Virus record (IMG/VR): IMGVR_UViG_3300042557_000330
Span: 9,908 to 73,907 of that record
Source: a virus
Strand: one strand, 5' to 3'
Length of the DNA stretch: 64,000 nucleotides
Part shown: one piece after another, positions 39,101 to 47,743 of the stretch
Layout of the letters: each line of letters begins with the position of its first letter
How positions within the stretch are numbered: position 1 is the first letter of the stretch
The notes under the pieces: model-generated
What the model was told of the DNA's origin: nothing
The model's database searches: none
The model's input: only the letters and a program-made list of their open reading frames with translations
Translations under genes and position numbers: made by a program

Positions 39101-41488
39101 AAAATCAGGAAGTGGTGTTTCATCTTTACAATCTTCATATCTAACTTCACCAATTTTTCTACGATTCCATCTATTACCATCAATTTTAGTAGGAACAGTT
39201 CCTTCTAAGACTTGTATCTTATAACTAGATCCACCAAACAATCCACCTGACACCCATTGAGTAGTGTATCCAGTAACAGGATCTTGCCAAGCTGCTCTAA
39301 AACCAGCTCTACTTCCTTCTGTTTCTATTCTCCAAATATCATAGTTGGCATAAGAAACATAAGCTGTACAATTATCTTCAGGTAAACCAAACGGAGGAGG
39401 TACATAATAAATTACAGGACCACCAGCAGTTTGTAATCTTTTATTAAATACTCCTTCTCCAAGAATTGTAGGTTTTGTAATAGAACAAACTCTATGTGGA
39501 GCTGTTTTAGTTGAAAGAGTGTAAAACTTTTGAAAAGCTTCTTTGTTGCTATTACAGTCAGTATATCTAATTTCTAGATAAGGTTTACCAAGTTCATCAA
39601 CTTTATTAAATTTTAATATAACTATCTCAAATGGTTCACATAGTTGTGTGTAAGCATTGTTCTTTGCTAAAAGAAAAGCATCTGATTTAAGATCGTTATA
39701 TGGATAGTTTGGATAATAAAAAGTTTCTTCTTGCTTAACGTAGCTTCCTACATTACGAAGAATTCCTTTAGCTATAATAGATCTATTTGTACTTCTATCA
39801 CCACGAACAATTTTATATCCTACAACATCATCTTTCTGTTCATCTGTTAAGTTAGATGATCTTACAAGGTTTATTATTTGCTCATTGTCTATTCTTACAC
39901 CAATTGGATATACAGCACTACTAAGTTGCATTTCCACATTATATCTATCTGCAACAATTTGTGGAGTGGCGCTTTCGAATATTGGAGAAACTAAAACATC
40001 AGGAAACTTATGATGTCTAATTGGTTTATCTGCAAGATCTCCCCACACTGCAGTGTCACAAGGATATTTCTCTATTGATTCCCAATAAGCAAACTCACCA
40101 TATTGGTAAGGTCCTTTATAATCAGAACTTGTAGAAAAATTTGGATGTGTTCCTATTACAGATCCTGTATTGTATATTTTCCAATAAGGGGCCTGTGTAC
40201 CATTACCAATAAAGTCTGGGTTATTACTAAATATTACAGGTTTACCAATTTCATTAAAGTTTTGTATTCTTCCAGGAATATGAAAGCCATCAGTTTGTTT
40301 TCCATTCTTTAATAAGAATACAATCTCAAATGCATAAACCTCATCACGTAGATATCCACGTAAGTTAGTAGCATTTAATTCATCTGCATAGTTTTCAGTA
40401 GGAGGTATTCTCCAAGTTTCCCATAGAAGAGTTATTTGATTAGCTATATTTTGATAGTTAATTCTATCAATAGATGTTAATTGATCCCATACTAAAATAT
40501 CTTGAACCACTGTAACATCCTGTGCAATATCATAATAAGGAAACTTTTCAAAGATGTCAGCTATTGCTAAGCTAATGCTAGTTTTATTTTGACCTGTATA
40601 TGTAATTTGTCTTGTAGAACTATTTATAAAATAAGTACCAATCAATTCTACAGAAGTTACATTATTTATAGTTTTTATCACTGCAAGATTGAAATATTCA
40701 TACTTGCCTGTAACATCAATATTACTAACATTTACCACTATTGATTTACCAACAGGGTAATTAAAGTTTACAGATGTAATGTTTTCATCAGCAATAGGAG
40801 TTGGGTTTGTTACTGAATAATAAGATGTATAAGCATTGCTTTGTGCATCTGAATATTGTATAGCAAACTGATAAGTCCCTGCTATAAGATCTCCTCCAGA
40901 AACAACATCTATTATTTCTAACTGAGGAATATTAAAATTAGGTTGTATCTTTAGTTTGTTACAATCTAATTGATCTAATACAAGTACACTACAAGAATTA
41001 GGAAGAATCTCTGTAACATATGGAATATTATCAATATCCATATATCTTCTAGGATTAAGTCCATCTGTCCAATATACTTCTGTAGAGCAGTTTGTAATTC
41101 TATGTACAGCTTTTTGAATTGGATAGTTTATATTAAAGTTTAAGCAGTCAGCATTTACAAGTGTTCTGTAAATACAATCTGCATTAATCATTTGTCCAAT
41201 TTCACTTTGTCCTGTAATAGAGTTTGCTAAAAAGAATATATATTTATTTTTCTCTTGAATAAAATGACTACCTATTAAAGAATATCCATCAGGAAAACTA
41301 ATACATAATTCATTTCCTGGTTCATTTTGATAGTTTACAGAACTAGCATCAAAGTTTTCAACAGCAGCATTTAATGCATATGTAAGAATACCTGGCTTAA
41401 CCTGATTAACAGATTGATCCATGTTAAGACCTAGATTAGCACTATTAAACTCCTGTCTAATATTTCCTTGTTCTTTTTCTTCTGCCAT
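36188..41488 (-). CDS. Tail stabilisation (muzzle, P22 gp10-like) protein, 1766 aa, with a Thr/Cys-rich C-terminal extension
   Basis: GLNMD...NEPGN, VYWTDGLNPRRY, GYLRDEVYAFEIV, FGGDTFISRF, SWISFHSY motifs of the crAss family; synteny. Confidence 0.8.
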   Translation of the reverse strand: MAEEKEQGNIRQEFNSANLGLNMDQSVNQVKPGILTYALNAAVENFDASSVNYQNEPGNELCISFPDGYSLIGSHFIQEKNKYIFFLANSITGQSEIGQMINADCIYRTLVNADCLNFNINYPIQKAVHRITNCSTEVYWTDGLNPRRYMDIDNIPYVTEILPNSCSVLVLDQLDCNKLKIQPNFNIPQLEIIDVVSGGDLIAGTYQFAIQYSDAQSNAYTSYYSVTNPTPIADENITSVNFNYPVGKSIVVNVSNIDVTGKYEYFNLAVIKTINNVTSVELIGTYFINSSTRQITYTGQNKTSISLAIADIFEKFPYYDIAQDVTVVQDILVWDQLTSIDRINYQNIANQITLLWETWRIPPTENYADELNATNLRGYLRDEVYAFEIVFLLKNGKQTDGFHIPGRIQNFNEIGKPVIFSNNPDFIGNGTQAPYWKIYNTGSVIGTHPNFSTSSDYKGPYQYGEFAYWESIEKYPCDTAVWGDLADKPIRHHKFPDVLVSPIFESATPQIVADRYNVEMQLSSAVYPIGVRIDNEQIINLVRSSNLTDEQKDDVVGYKIVRGDRSTNRSIIAKGILRNVGSYVKQEETFYYPNYPYNDLKSDAFLLAKNNAYTQLCEPFEIVILKFNKVDELGKPYLEIRYTDCNSNKEAFQKFYTLSTKTAPHRVCSITKPTILGEGVFNKRLQTAGGPVIYYVPPPFGLPEDNCTAYVSYANYDIWRIETEGSRAGFRAAWQDPVTGYTTQWVSGGLFGGSSYKIQVLEGTVPTKIDGNRWNRRKIGEVRYEDCKDETPLPDFKDQLRQVFNSPETSFGQPFLGDILKLENVMYGGGRAHFVEVRDNAKYRLITKEVQNVAFQSSVSIGGSNVSAIFAAYQAYLEIYVNGITRKNFAYSFNSIATYGYSSDIDNNLGIKQRNLDIKRYLIPGVQNVGDDNNINNFNRETSVYLKTNTTLPFPSKTDSLMYLGNSLIEDYSRFTIGETRSCSTPQRQQDINVVSYYGSLKNISLAQWGQIYSYTKVDTGFQVIFSPSIPMKQTIFGGDTFISRFAFKTKLPFFLENRVNAPDDSDVFYDAIGNIAYPKYWHSARSILSNVSSVSTVMVNLISHKANNFDCPNATEEYTSSNSPSELTYYDGYFYMFAYGVPSFYCESSYNLDLRQAFNNREGDYWPHVSTSIPDDWVQQSFVPIEQDNTYFYNVTFSKQNKENLFTNLPDDWQSECATFFPFRTIYSEKQFTDENNTVNNWLIYRALSYYDFPQNYGNLVSLDGIQNRAILARFENKSLLYNSLLTIDTSNPQAAYVGNPRMFENPPIDFAETDLGYVGTQNKFLLKIPQGQVTVDAKRGQIFLISGTEAVDLTAFGSGVNRFMTDHLSFEILRYFPDVNVDNNFNGIGLHGVYDSKFDRVIITKLDYIPLDKEIKYDSVTKEFYLENVINGLVLRDQVYLDDSEFFCNKSWTMSFNFNTKSWISFHSYVPNFYIAENNFFYSGLNGCCDSVNGEATFQAFVGEINRVIPTTTTTTTPFIPTTTTTSTTMIPLDCTIEGTAIEIFCDLEGEAVITVPPTPTTTICQRSNVPNSSEFVTGYIESCGPEVITTGSLGDACAGIAYLMSLDTYDYVEINTITIQYNTLEIGDFVYLDSTSTDCTYVPNGFYFTDESSVQGIVYEIEDGMVVGIYDCNTTTTTTTFVPNTFCYTVYMYGDLTLFWVDGTGTLNELEKYDVDDYSITLCAQFESIYSVSEEEGYIFIEACGDPCTDVIDCPTTTTTTTI

Positions 41489-41493
41489 AATGA

Positions 41494-42468
41494 TTAATTG
41501 TTACGTCTTCTACCATATCTATTAGTACGGTTAGGAAGCTCATACATGTTGAATCTATTAAGATCGTTTTTAATTCTTCTTTGTTTTTCCCAAGGACTTT
41601 GTTTCTTCATTTCAATCTCAGCCATGATATAAGCTTCTTCATAAGCTTGCTTATGATACATCATCTTTTGTTGTAACTGATTAAATGTTTCATCATTGGT
41701 TTGGTTTGTAAGCATTTCAAATATCTTAAACTTGATGAATGCTTCTACATATTCTCTGATACGATAGTTATCTGGAATCATCTGATTACCTATCTCATCA
41801 TATTCTGTAGCATAGAATAACAAGTGAACCACACCATTTCTGAAGTTGGTCACAAACTTATTGTCTCTAATATCAAATGAATCATAACTAGCAGCACCAG
41901 GAGTGAACTCATGAATAGGAGGAGCCTCTGCGTAGAAGTCCCAGTTATTTGTATACTCCACTCCACAATTTTGTCTTGCAGATATATTACCAGGTCTAAG
42001 TAAATACTCGTGAGTAAATCCTCTAGCCACAGTGTTATTTGTTTTATATACAGCTTGTACAAGCTCTGGCATACATGTACCATCACATTGTGGAACTTGA
42101 CAACCAGGTCTATTACAAGGAGTTCCTCCAATAGTTAATGGAGCAACTTGTATAGTAGTTGCATTAGCTGCTTGAGAATAGAATGAATTAGCTGTCTGAT
42201 ATGGATATCCTGCCACTTCTGTACACATCCAAGCTTCTCTTACAGCATAAAAGTTATCAGGGAGTCTAGCTTGGAAGTCTTCTATAAATAATACTTCTTC
42301 ACTTATTACAAAGGTAGTTCTTCCTAACTTCTTAAGACACTTGTCTAAGTAAGTAGGAAATAAAAGATCGTCCACTGCACCAGTATCAAAATAGCTTTTA
42401 AGCTCTTCTTTAACTGTTGAGTAGACAGGCTCTGGGGATACGAAATTATATTTATAGTAGTACGACAT
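41494..42468 (-). CDS. Tail tubular/ring protein (324 aa)
   Basis: Upstream of the muzzle gene; YATEYDEIGNQMIPD...VEAFIK pattern typical of crAss ring proteins. Confidence 0.6.
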   Translation of the reverse strand: MSYYYKYNFVSPEPVYSTVKEELKSYFDTGAVDDLLFPTYLDKCLKKLGRTTFVISEEVLFIEDFQARLPDNFYAVREAWMCTEVAGYPYQTANSFYSQAANATTIQVAPLTIGGTPCNRPGCQVPQCDGTCMPELVQAVYKTNNTVARGFTHEYLLRPGNISARQNCGVEYTNNWDFYAEAPPIHEFTPGAASYDSFDIRDNKFVTNFRNGVVHLLFYATEYDEIGNQMIPDNYRIREYVEAFIKFKIFEMLTNQTNDETFNQLQQKMMYHKQAYEEAYIMAEIEMKKQSPWEKQRRIKNDLNRFNMYELPNRTNRYGRRRNN

Positions 42469-42471
42469 AAT

Positions 42472-42951
42472 TTATTTTTTCCATTCGTTATAGATATATT
42501 GATACTTGTCGTTGGTCTTTAAGTAATGTGATAAAAGTCTTGATGTAAGTCTAGAAGGTTTGAAATACCAGAAACCAGAGTTTTTAAAACGTGCTGTAGG
42601 TTTAAACCACATCCATCCAAAAAAATATCCTTCTGTGTGGTAATTAAAATTGTATATCACCTTTCCTTTTTCTCTAGTCTTTTGCCAATCAATTGGTAGA
42701 TTAACAAACTCTTTACCATCTACACTATTCTTTAACTTTCTTCTTTTCTTTTTGTTAATTGAAAACTCTCCAAATCCATAAGGTAGCTTTGCTTTCTCAC
42801 CTGTTTCTAAAATGTATTCTTTAAAGGATTCATTGTAAGTGTATACAATGTTTCTCCATTCATCATACGAAAGTTGTATAGAAGGGTGTTTTTTACAAAA
42901 CTGATTATAGTTTTCTTTACTAGAGCTTCTCCAATCAACCTTTGTTCTCAT
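42472..42951 (-). CDS. IHF/HU-like DNA-binding protein (crAss type)
   Basis: AKLPYGFGEFSINKKK and IDWQKT motifs; basic; syntenic with the crAss IHF gene between tail genes. Confidence 0.7.
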   Translation of the reverse strand: MRTKVDWRSSSKENYNQFCKKHPSIQLSYDEWRNIVYTYNESFKEYILETGEKAKLPYGFGEFSINKKKRRKLKNSVDGKEFVNLPIDWQKTREKGKVIYNFNYHTEGYFFGWMWFKPTARFKNSGFWYFKPSRLTSRLLSHYLKTNDKYQYIYNEWKK

Positions 42952-43679
42952 TAATTAGTTGGTTTTGAATTTGGCGCTTGTCCATCTATTCCTTCTGCAC
43001 TAGTATCTGTTTTAAGATTGAAATATGTAGATAGAAGTTTTTGAGATGTAAGTTGTAATGTTTGTTGTTCTAAATATCCAGGAAGAGGAAATTCTTTATC
43101 TAATGGATTCATACATAATTGCTCAAGTGTATATTCTGGAGTTCCACATCCACATTCTGGATACATAATTTCATTCTCCACATCTTCTTCAAATAAAGCT
43201 ACAAATCTGATTGCTTTAAGCAAAGGATTGTTTACATATAGATATCCATTAGATATCCAATAGTATTCTTCTTTCTTGATTATAGGAAGCTTTAAAAGAT
43301 TTATATATCTGTTGATAGTTATTTCTTTTAATTTTTTTCCTTGACCACTCATAGCATTAATAGAATAAACTCCTTGTATTACATATTGGTAATTACCTTC
43401 TGATATACGTGGGAGTTTAAGTTTTGTTCTAGCAACTGTACAATCATCTACATAGTTACAACATTCAGAGATAGGTACTTCTATCATTTCTAAACAAGGA
43501 ATAGTAGTGAATAGTGTATCAGTGGCCCAAAGTTTTCTTAGGTTGGTTTCTCTTTTAATTAGCATTAATGCATTGTTTCTTATCTCAGATGCGATTGCTC
43601 TATCTGTAATAAGACTGTCTGTAGAAAGTATCTTGTGGACACTTCTAACATCAGATACTAATTTTCTTAATGTTGCCAT
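42951..43679 (-). CDS. Tail ring/structural protein (242 aa)
   Basis: Short N-terminal helix, PCLEMIEV, YYWISNGYLYV, EFPLPGYL pattern of the crAss ring family; synteny. Confidence 0.55.
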   Translation of the reverse strand: MATLRKLVSDVRSVHKILSTDSLITDRAIASEIRNNALMLIKRETNLRKLWATDTLFTTIPCLEMIEVPISECCNYVDDCTVARTKLKLPRISEGNYQYVIQGVYSINAMSGQGKKLKEITINRYINLLKLPIIKKEEYYWISNGYLYVNNPLLKAIRFVALFEEDVENEIMYPECGCGTPEYTLEQLCMNPLDKEFPLPGYLEQQTLQLTSQKLLSTYFNLKTDTSAEGIDGQAPNSKPTN

Positions 43680-43681
43680 AA

Positions 43682-44896
43682 TTATATTCGAGTTTCAAAC
43701 TCTGCTATTTTACCTAGATTACGATCATAAACTAGAGCAAGAGCTGCACGTACAGAATGTACGAAGTTATTATCTAAGTGCCATCTATCAGTTCCTGAAA
43801 GACTAGGCATTTGTTGTATTCTTACACCTTTGACTTCTTTAGCCATGTAGTGGTGTTTATCTCCTGTGTGTACCTCTCTATAAACAGCATCACCAAACTG
43901 GTGACTATATTTTGGATGTGTTGCAAATAATAATGGTAAGTCTTCTAACTTACAATTACCATGGTGCCATCCAATGAATGTATTTCCTAATGTTATTCCT
44001 TTGATAACAGAATGTTCTCTTATAAACTCTACATCTATTGCATCTCTAAAGAATACATCTAATGCATGAGCTAGATAAAAAGATTTAGTTCTGTCATGAT
44101 TTCCTTGTACAAGAATAACTGTTACATTACTAGCATACTTTCTCAACATGTTTATTGTATCTACAAGAACAGCAAATCCTAATTCGTATTCTGAATGATA
44201 ATCCATTATAGTGTCCTGTGGAGTACCGTTTGTAGTTTGGTGTTGATAGTTATCAGTATGAAAGAAATCATTTGATATAGGTAGCACTACATTGTTTATG
44301 TTGTAGTTTGATTTTACTTTTTCAATCAAAGACTGAGCCATTGTAACATATCGTAAAGCTCTTGTTGTAGGATCATTATCACCATCTACAGTTTTTTTAG
44401 CTAAATGATAATCAGATATAGAGATTTCTACATCTACATAATCTTTCTCTATAGAATAGTTCTCTTTAGTGATTGTTATGTTATTTGGTTTGTAGTTTTC
44501 TAAAAACTTAGCAAAGTCTTCAGGAGAGTAATCTTTTGCTTCTTTCTTCTTGGAGAAGACTGAGGAAGTAAACTTCCCACTTGGTAACATCTTAGACCAG
44601 TAGTTTGTAATTACATACTTGTCTAGATTTATTTTATGTAGCTTAGCTAATTCAATATCATCTTTAGGATCAAAGTCTGATATAATTGTACTTTCTATTG
44701 TACCTTTTTCAACATTAACTTTACGTTCTTCTGTATAGTTTCTTGATACAGGTTCTGTATCTTTTTCTCTAAGCTCCTTCATGAGCTCACCCACTTCAAA
44801 TTCACTTATTCCTAGTTTTTCAGCATAGAATTTTTTACTTTTCTTCTGACTTAATAACTCTTCTAATCGATGTAACAAGCTTTGATTTTCAGACAT
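43682..44896 (-). CDS. Calcineurin-like metallophosphoesterase with an N-terminal HTH-like segment
   Basis: SDYH, NDFFH, GNHD, HHG and GDKHH metal-binding motifs in canonical order. Confidence 0.82.
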   Translation of the reverse strand: MSENQSLLHRLEELLSQKKSKKFYAEKLGISEFEVGELMKELREKDTEPVSRNYTEERKVNVEKGTIESTIISDFDPKDDIELAKLHKINLDKYVITNYWSKMLPSGKFTSSVFSKKKEAKDYSPEDFAKFLENYKPNNITITKENYSIEKDYVDVEISISDYHLAKKTVDGDNDPTTRALRYVTMAQSLIEKVKSNYNINNVVLPISNDFFHTDNYQHQTTNGTPQDTIMDYHSEYELGFAVLVDTINMLRKYASNVTVILVQGNHDRTKSFYLAHALDVFFRDAIDVEFIREHSVIKGITLGNTFIGWHHGNCKLEDLPLLFATHPKYSHQFGDAVYREVHTGDKHHYMAKEVKGVRIQQMPSLSGTDRWHLDNNFVHSVRAALALVYDRNLGKIAEFETRI

Positions 44897-44924
44897 ATGT
44901 ACTCATATTAGTTAAAAAATATTG

Positions 44925-44957
44925 TAAAGATAAACAATTGTTTTTATATATTCCAAA
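44925..44957 (-). promoter_or_regulatory. Bacteroidota-type promoter TTTG-N21-TATCTTTA for the phosphoesterase/tail operon
   Basis: caaa 44954-44957 and taaagata 44925-44932; follows a terminator. Confidence 0.5.
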
Positions 44958-45000
44958 TAATTTTAGTTAGAGACTTAATTATTTATAATTAAAATAGTTA

Positions 45001-45036
45001 GAAACAAAAACTCCTAGCAATAAATATCACTAGGAG
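45001..45036 (-). terminator. Intrinsic terminator
   Basis: CTCCTAG/CTAGGAG stem (45011-45036) followed by TTTTTGTTT on the minus strand; a second hairpin aaatcttgt/acaagattt lies at 45037-45066. Confidence 0.7.
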
Positions 45037-45075
45037 AAATCTTGTAAAACCAACAAAACAAGATTTTTTGTTGTT

Positions 45076-45387
45076 TTAAGGTATTGTAGTAGTCGTAGTT
45101 GTTGTTGATACAACTGTTGTTGTTGTAGTTGTTGTTGGTGCTACGGTTGTTGTGGTTGTAGTTGTAGCAGATGTTAATATAATATCTACGTAATTTAAAC
45201 ACACACCATCTGACTTCACTCTAATAATTGTTGTGTAATCAGGAACTAGTGCAGAAGAATATCCTGCTAATAAAGCAGATTTAGAGACTCCTGTTTCAAA
45301 AGCTGATACATACCCATCTAAATTTGAATACAAATCAAATGGACCTGAATCAGTTCCTGCTGTTGTTAATGTTATTAATACTGTCAT
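45076..45387 (-). CDS. Small beta-domain virion protein with a poly-Thr tail (103 aa)
   Basis: ~70-aa domain followed by three T7 runs; domain paralogous to the N-terminus of 35322..36188. Confidence 0.65.
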   Translation of the reverse strand: MTVLITLTTAGTDSGPFDLYSNLDGYVSAFETGVSKSALLAGYSSALVPDYTTIIRVKSDGVCLNYVDIILTSATTTTTTTVAPTTTTTTTVVSTTTTTTTIP

Positions 45388-45404
45388 ATGTTATTGATTT
45401 TATA

Positions 45405-46145
45405 TTATAAGCAAAGACTTGCTGGTCCTGTAATAAATCCACTTGCATCTATTGGGAAACTTGCTGAGTTAATGTCTGCAAGTTTTTGTAAATGCCAATA
45501 TACGTTTGATCCATTAAATGGAATAGTTCCACCTGCATCTGTAAACACTCTCACGTAATTTCCTTCTATCCAAACTGTATCAATTAACGGTAGAAGACAT
45601 GCATTACTAAAGTCAGAAGTATTTGATATCAATCCTTCATATAGAACATAAGCTTCTGTTGTTGTAGTAGTTGTTGTACTAGATGTACTTGTAGATGTTG
45701 TTGTGCTAGTAGATGATGTACTTGTAGTAGTAGATGTGCTAGTTGAAGTACTTGTACTAGTAGATGTACTTGTGCTAGTTGATGTACTAGTAGATGTTGA
45801 ACTACTACTAGTAGTGGTAGTTGTAGGCTGTACTGTGGTAGTAGTAGTGGTTGTTATAGGAAGTGTAGTAGTAGTAGTTGTTGTAGGACAACATATACCT
45901 AATTGATTATATATGTTAGTTACATCTTCAGTTATAAGCATAACATCTTCTGTAAGATTTGTTACATCTTCTGTAATAGTAGCTACATTAGCTGATACAC
46001 TACATATAATAGCATCAAACTTACTAAGAATAGTATTTAATCCATCACATGTATTTACATCTGTACAAGGAAGTTGAGTGCCATCATATGTGACAGCACT
46101 CGTTCCTATTATAGTTGTGTTATTTATCTGAGAGCAATTAGCCAT
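45405..46145 (-). CDS. Mucin-like Thr/Ser-rich fibre-type protein (246 aa)
   Basis: Shared N-terminal module, heptad coiled coil (TEDVTNL), ~75-aa T/S tract, small C-terminal domain. Confidence 0.65.
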   Translation of the reverse strand: MANCSQINNTTIIGTSAVTYDGTQLPCTDVNTCDGLNTILSKFDAIICSVSANVATITEDVTNLTEDVMLITEDVTNIYNQLGICCPTTTTTTTLPITTTTTTTVQPTTTTTSSSSTSTSTSTSTSTSTSTSTSTSTSTTTSTSSTSTTTSTSTSSTTTTTTTEAYVLYEGLISNTSDFSNACLLPLIDTVWIEGNYVRVFTDAGGTIPFNGSNVYWHLQKLADINSASFPIDASGFITGPASLCL

Positions 46146-46162
46146 TTTTATTTATTTTAAAA

Positions 46163-47731
46163 TTAAGCAGGCGCAAGTGTAGTGGTTGTTGTTGTAGTAG
46201 AACTACTTGTACTAGTTGTAGTAGTTGTTGGTGTAACTGTTGTTGTGGTGGTAGTAGTTGGAACACATTCACCATCAACAAGACATTCAGTTTCCAAATT
46301 AACAATTTCACTCTGTACACTAGTTACCACTTCATTATCTTTTACATACTGTAATATAATTGTAGGAATCAAATCCCCTTTTAAACAATATGAATAAGTT
46401 CCTGCAACTGAATAATAAGCATCAGTATCTCCATCTTCACAAGTAATATTTTTATCTGGATATAAGTTAACTTTACCATTAAAGAATGTTACAGTGTTTC
46501 CTGTAGCATCATCAATATCATCTTGACTAATAATTATATTCACACAGCTACAACCTAATGTAGTAGTAGTTGTTGTTGTCGGTGCTATTGTAGTTGTAGT
46601 AGTAGTTGTTGGTGTAAGATCGCAACAAGGACTATCTGTTGTAATTTCAATATAGAAAGCTTGTTCTATACCATCAACTTCTCCTAATGCAGTTATTCCT
46701 ACAGATTGATCTACACAACCTAATGAATAAATACCTGGTCTATTGTATGTATTAATATATGGATTAGTAAAGCAATCATCGTACAGCACTGTAAGTTCAT
46801 TATTATCTGTAGCAGCTAATGTTTCTGATAATATAGTGATCTCTGTATCAAAACAGTTACATAGAGCAGTAGTAGTGGTAGTAGTTGTAGGAACTGGACA
46901 TTCTCCATCTATACAATTTGCACCAATCGAAATAGTTACAAGGTCATCACTAGCAAATCCACAACATCCACAAACTTGTATAGTTTCATTAGGTTCTATA
47001 ACTATAGGTCCATTAATATTATCATCACAATCAGTATAAGAGATAGTATGAACACTATCACCATCATTATAGAATGTTAAACATTCACAAGGAATTGCTT
47101 CTGTTGTTGTAGTGGTAGTAGTGCTTGGAGGGGTAAGTGTAGTGGTAGTTGTAGTTGTTGGACCACAAGGACCATTTGGTGTTGCTATAACAGTTCCAGG
47201 AACAGTTAAAGGGCTATCTGTTTCAACACAAATATCTGTAACTCCTGGTTCTAATACTACAGCAGTTAATTCTCCTGTAGTACAATCAGTAATAATTATA
47301 GCAACAGTTTCAGTTCCAGTGTTATCTAATGAGAAGCTTTCACAAGGAACTGCAGTAGTAGATGTAGTAGTAGTAGTCGCACCACAACATTCATCTAATA
47401 TGTTATATATATTGATTATATCACTATTGATGGCAATCACTTGATTAGTAATGTTAGTAACTTGATTAGTTAAATAGTTTACTTGTGTTAGTAAATTACA
47501 AATAATCTCATCTATCTTTTGTAAAATTACATTCAATGTATCACATGGTTCAGCCACTATACACGGAAGTGTAGGACCATCATAAACAATAGTACTAGAT
47601 GCAGTTAAATGCGTACTACATGGATTATTGTTATTACAACCACTATTAGTAATTGTAGAACTACATCCACAAGGTGTATTCAAAACTACATCTGTACAAC
47701 AGGGATTTACTGGTAAATATGGATATGCCAT
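46163..47731 (-). CDS. Cys-rich, mucin-like fibre-type protein (522 aa) with beads-on-a-string domains separated by poly-Thr linkers
   Basis: Shared N-terminal module, coiled coil (TNQVTNI), four Cys-bounded acidic domains, several T6-T8 runs. Confidence 0.65.
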   Translation of the reverse strand: MAYPYLPVNPCCTDVVLNTPCGCSSTITNSGCNNNNPCSTHLTASSTIVYDGPTLPCIVAEPCDTLNVILQKIDEIICNLLTQVNYLTNQVTNITNQVIAINSDIINIYNILDECCGATTTTTSTTAVPCESFSLDNTGTETVAIIITDCTTGELTAVVLEPGVTDICVETDSPLTVPGTVIATPNGPCGPTTTTTTTLTPPSTTTTTTTEAIPCECLTFYNDGDSVHTISYTDCDDNINGPIVIEPNETIQVCGCCGFASDDLVTISIGANCIDGECPVPTTTTTTTALCNCFDTEITILSETLAATDNNELTVLYDDCFTNPYINTYNRPGIYSLGCVDQSVGITALGEVDGIEQAFYIEITTDSPCCDLTPTTTTTTTIAPTTTTTTTLGCSCVNIIISQDDIDDATGNTVTFFNGKVNLYPDKNITCEDGDTDAYYSVAGTYSYCLKGDLIPTIILQYVKDNEVVTSVQSEIVNLETECLVDGECVPTTTTTTTVTPTTTTTSTSSSTTTTTTTLAPA

Positions 47732-47743
47732 TTTGATAATTTA

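Noticed and set aside
45014-45202. 62-aa Asn/Tyr-rich minus-strand ORF
   Set aside because: Alternate frame of the poly-Thr tail that runs into the terminator
45703-47444. Plus-strand poly-Val ORFs
   Set aside because: Antisense read-out of poly-Thr codons
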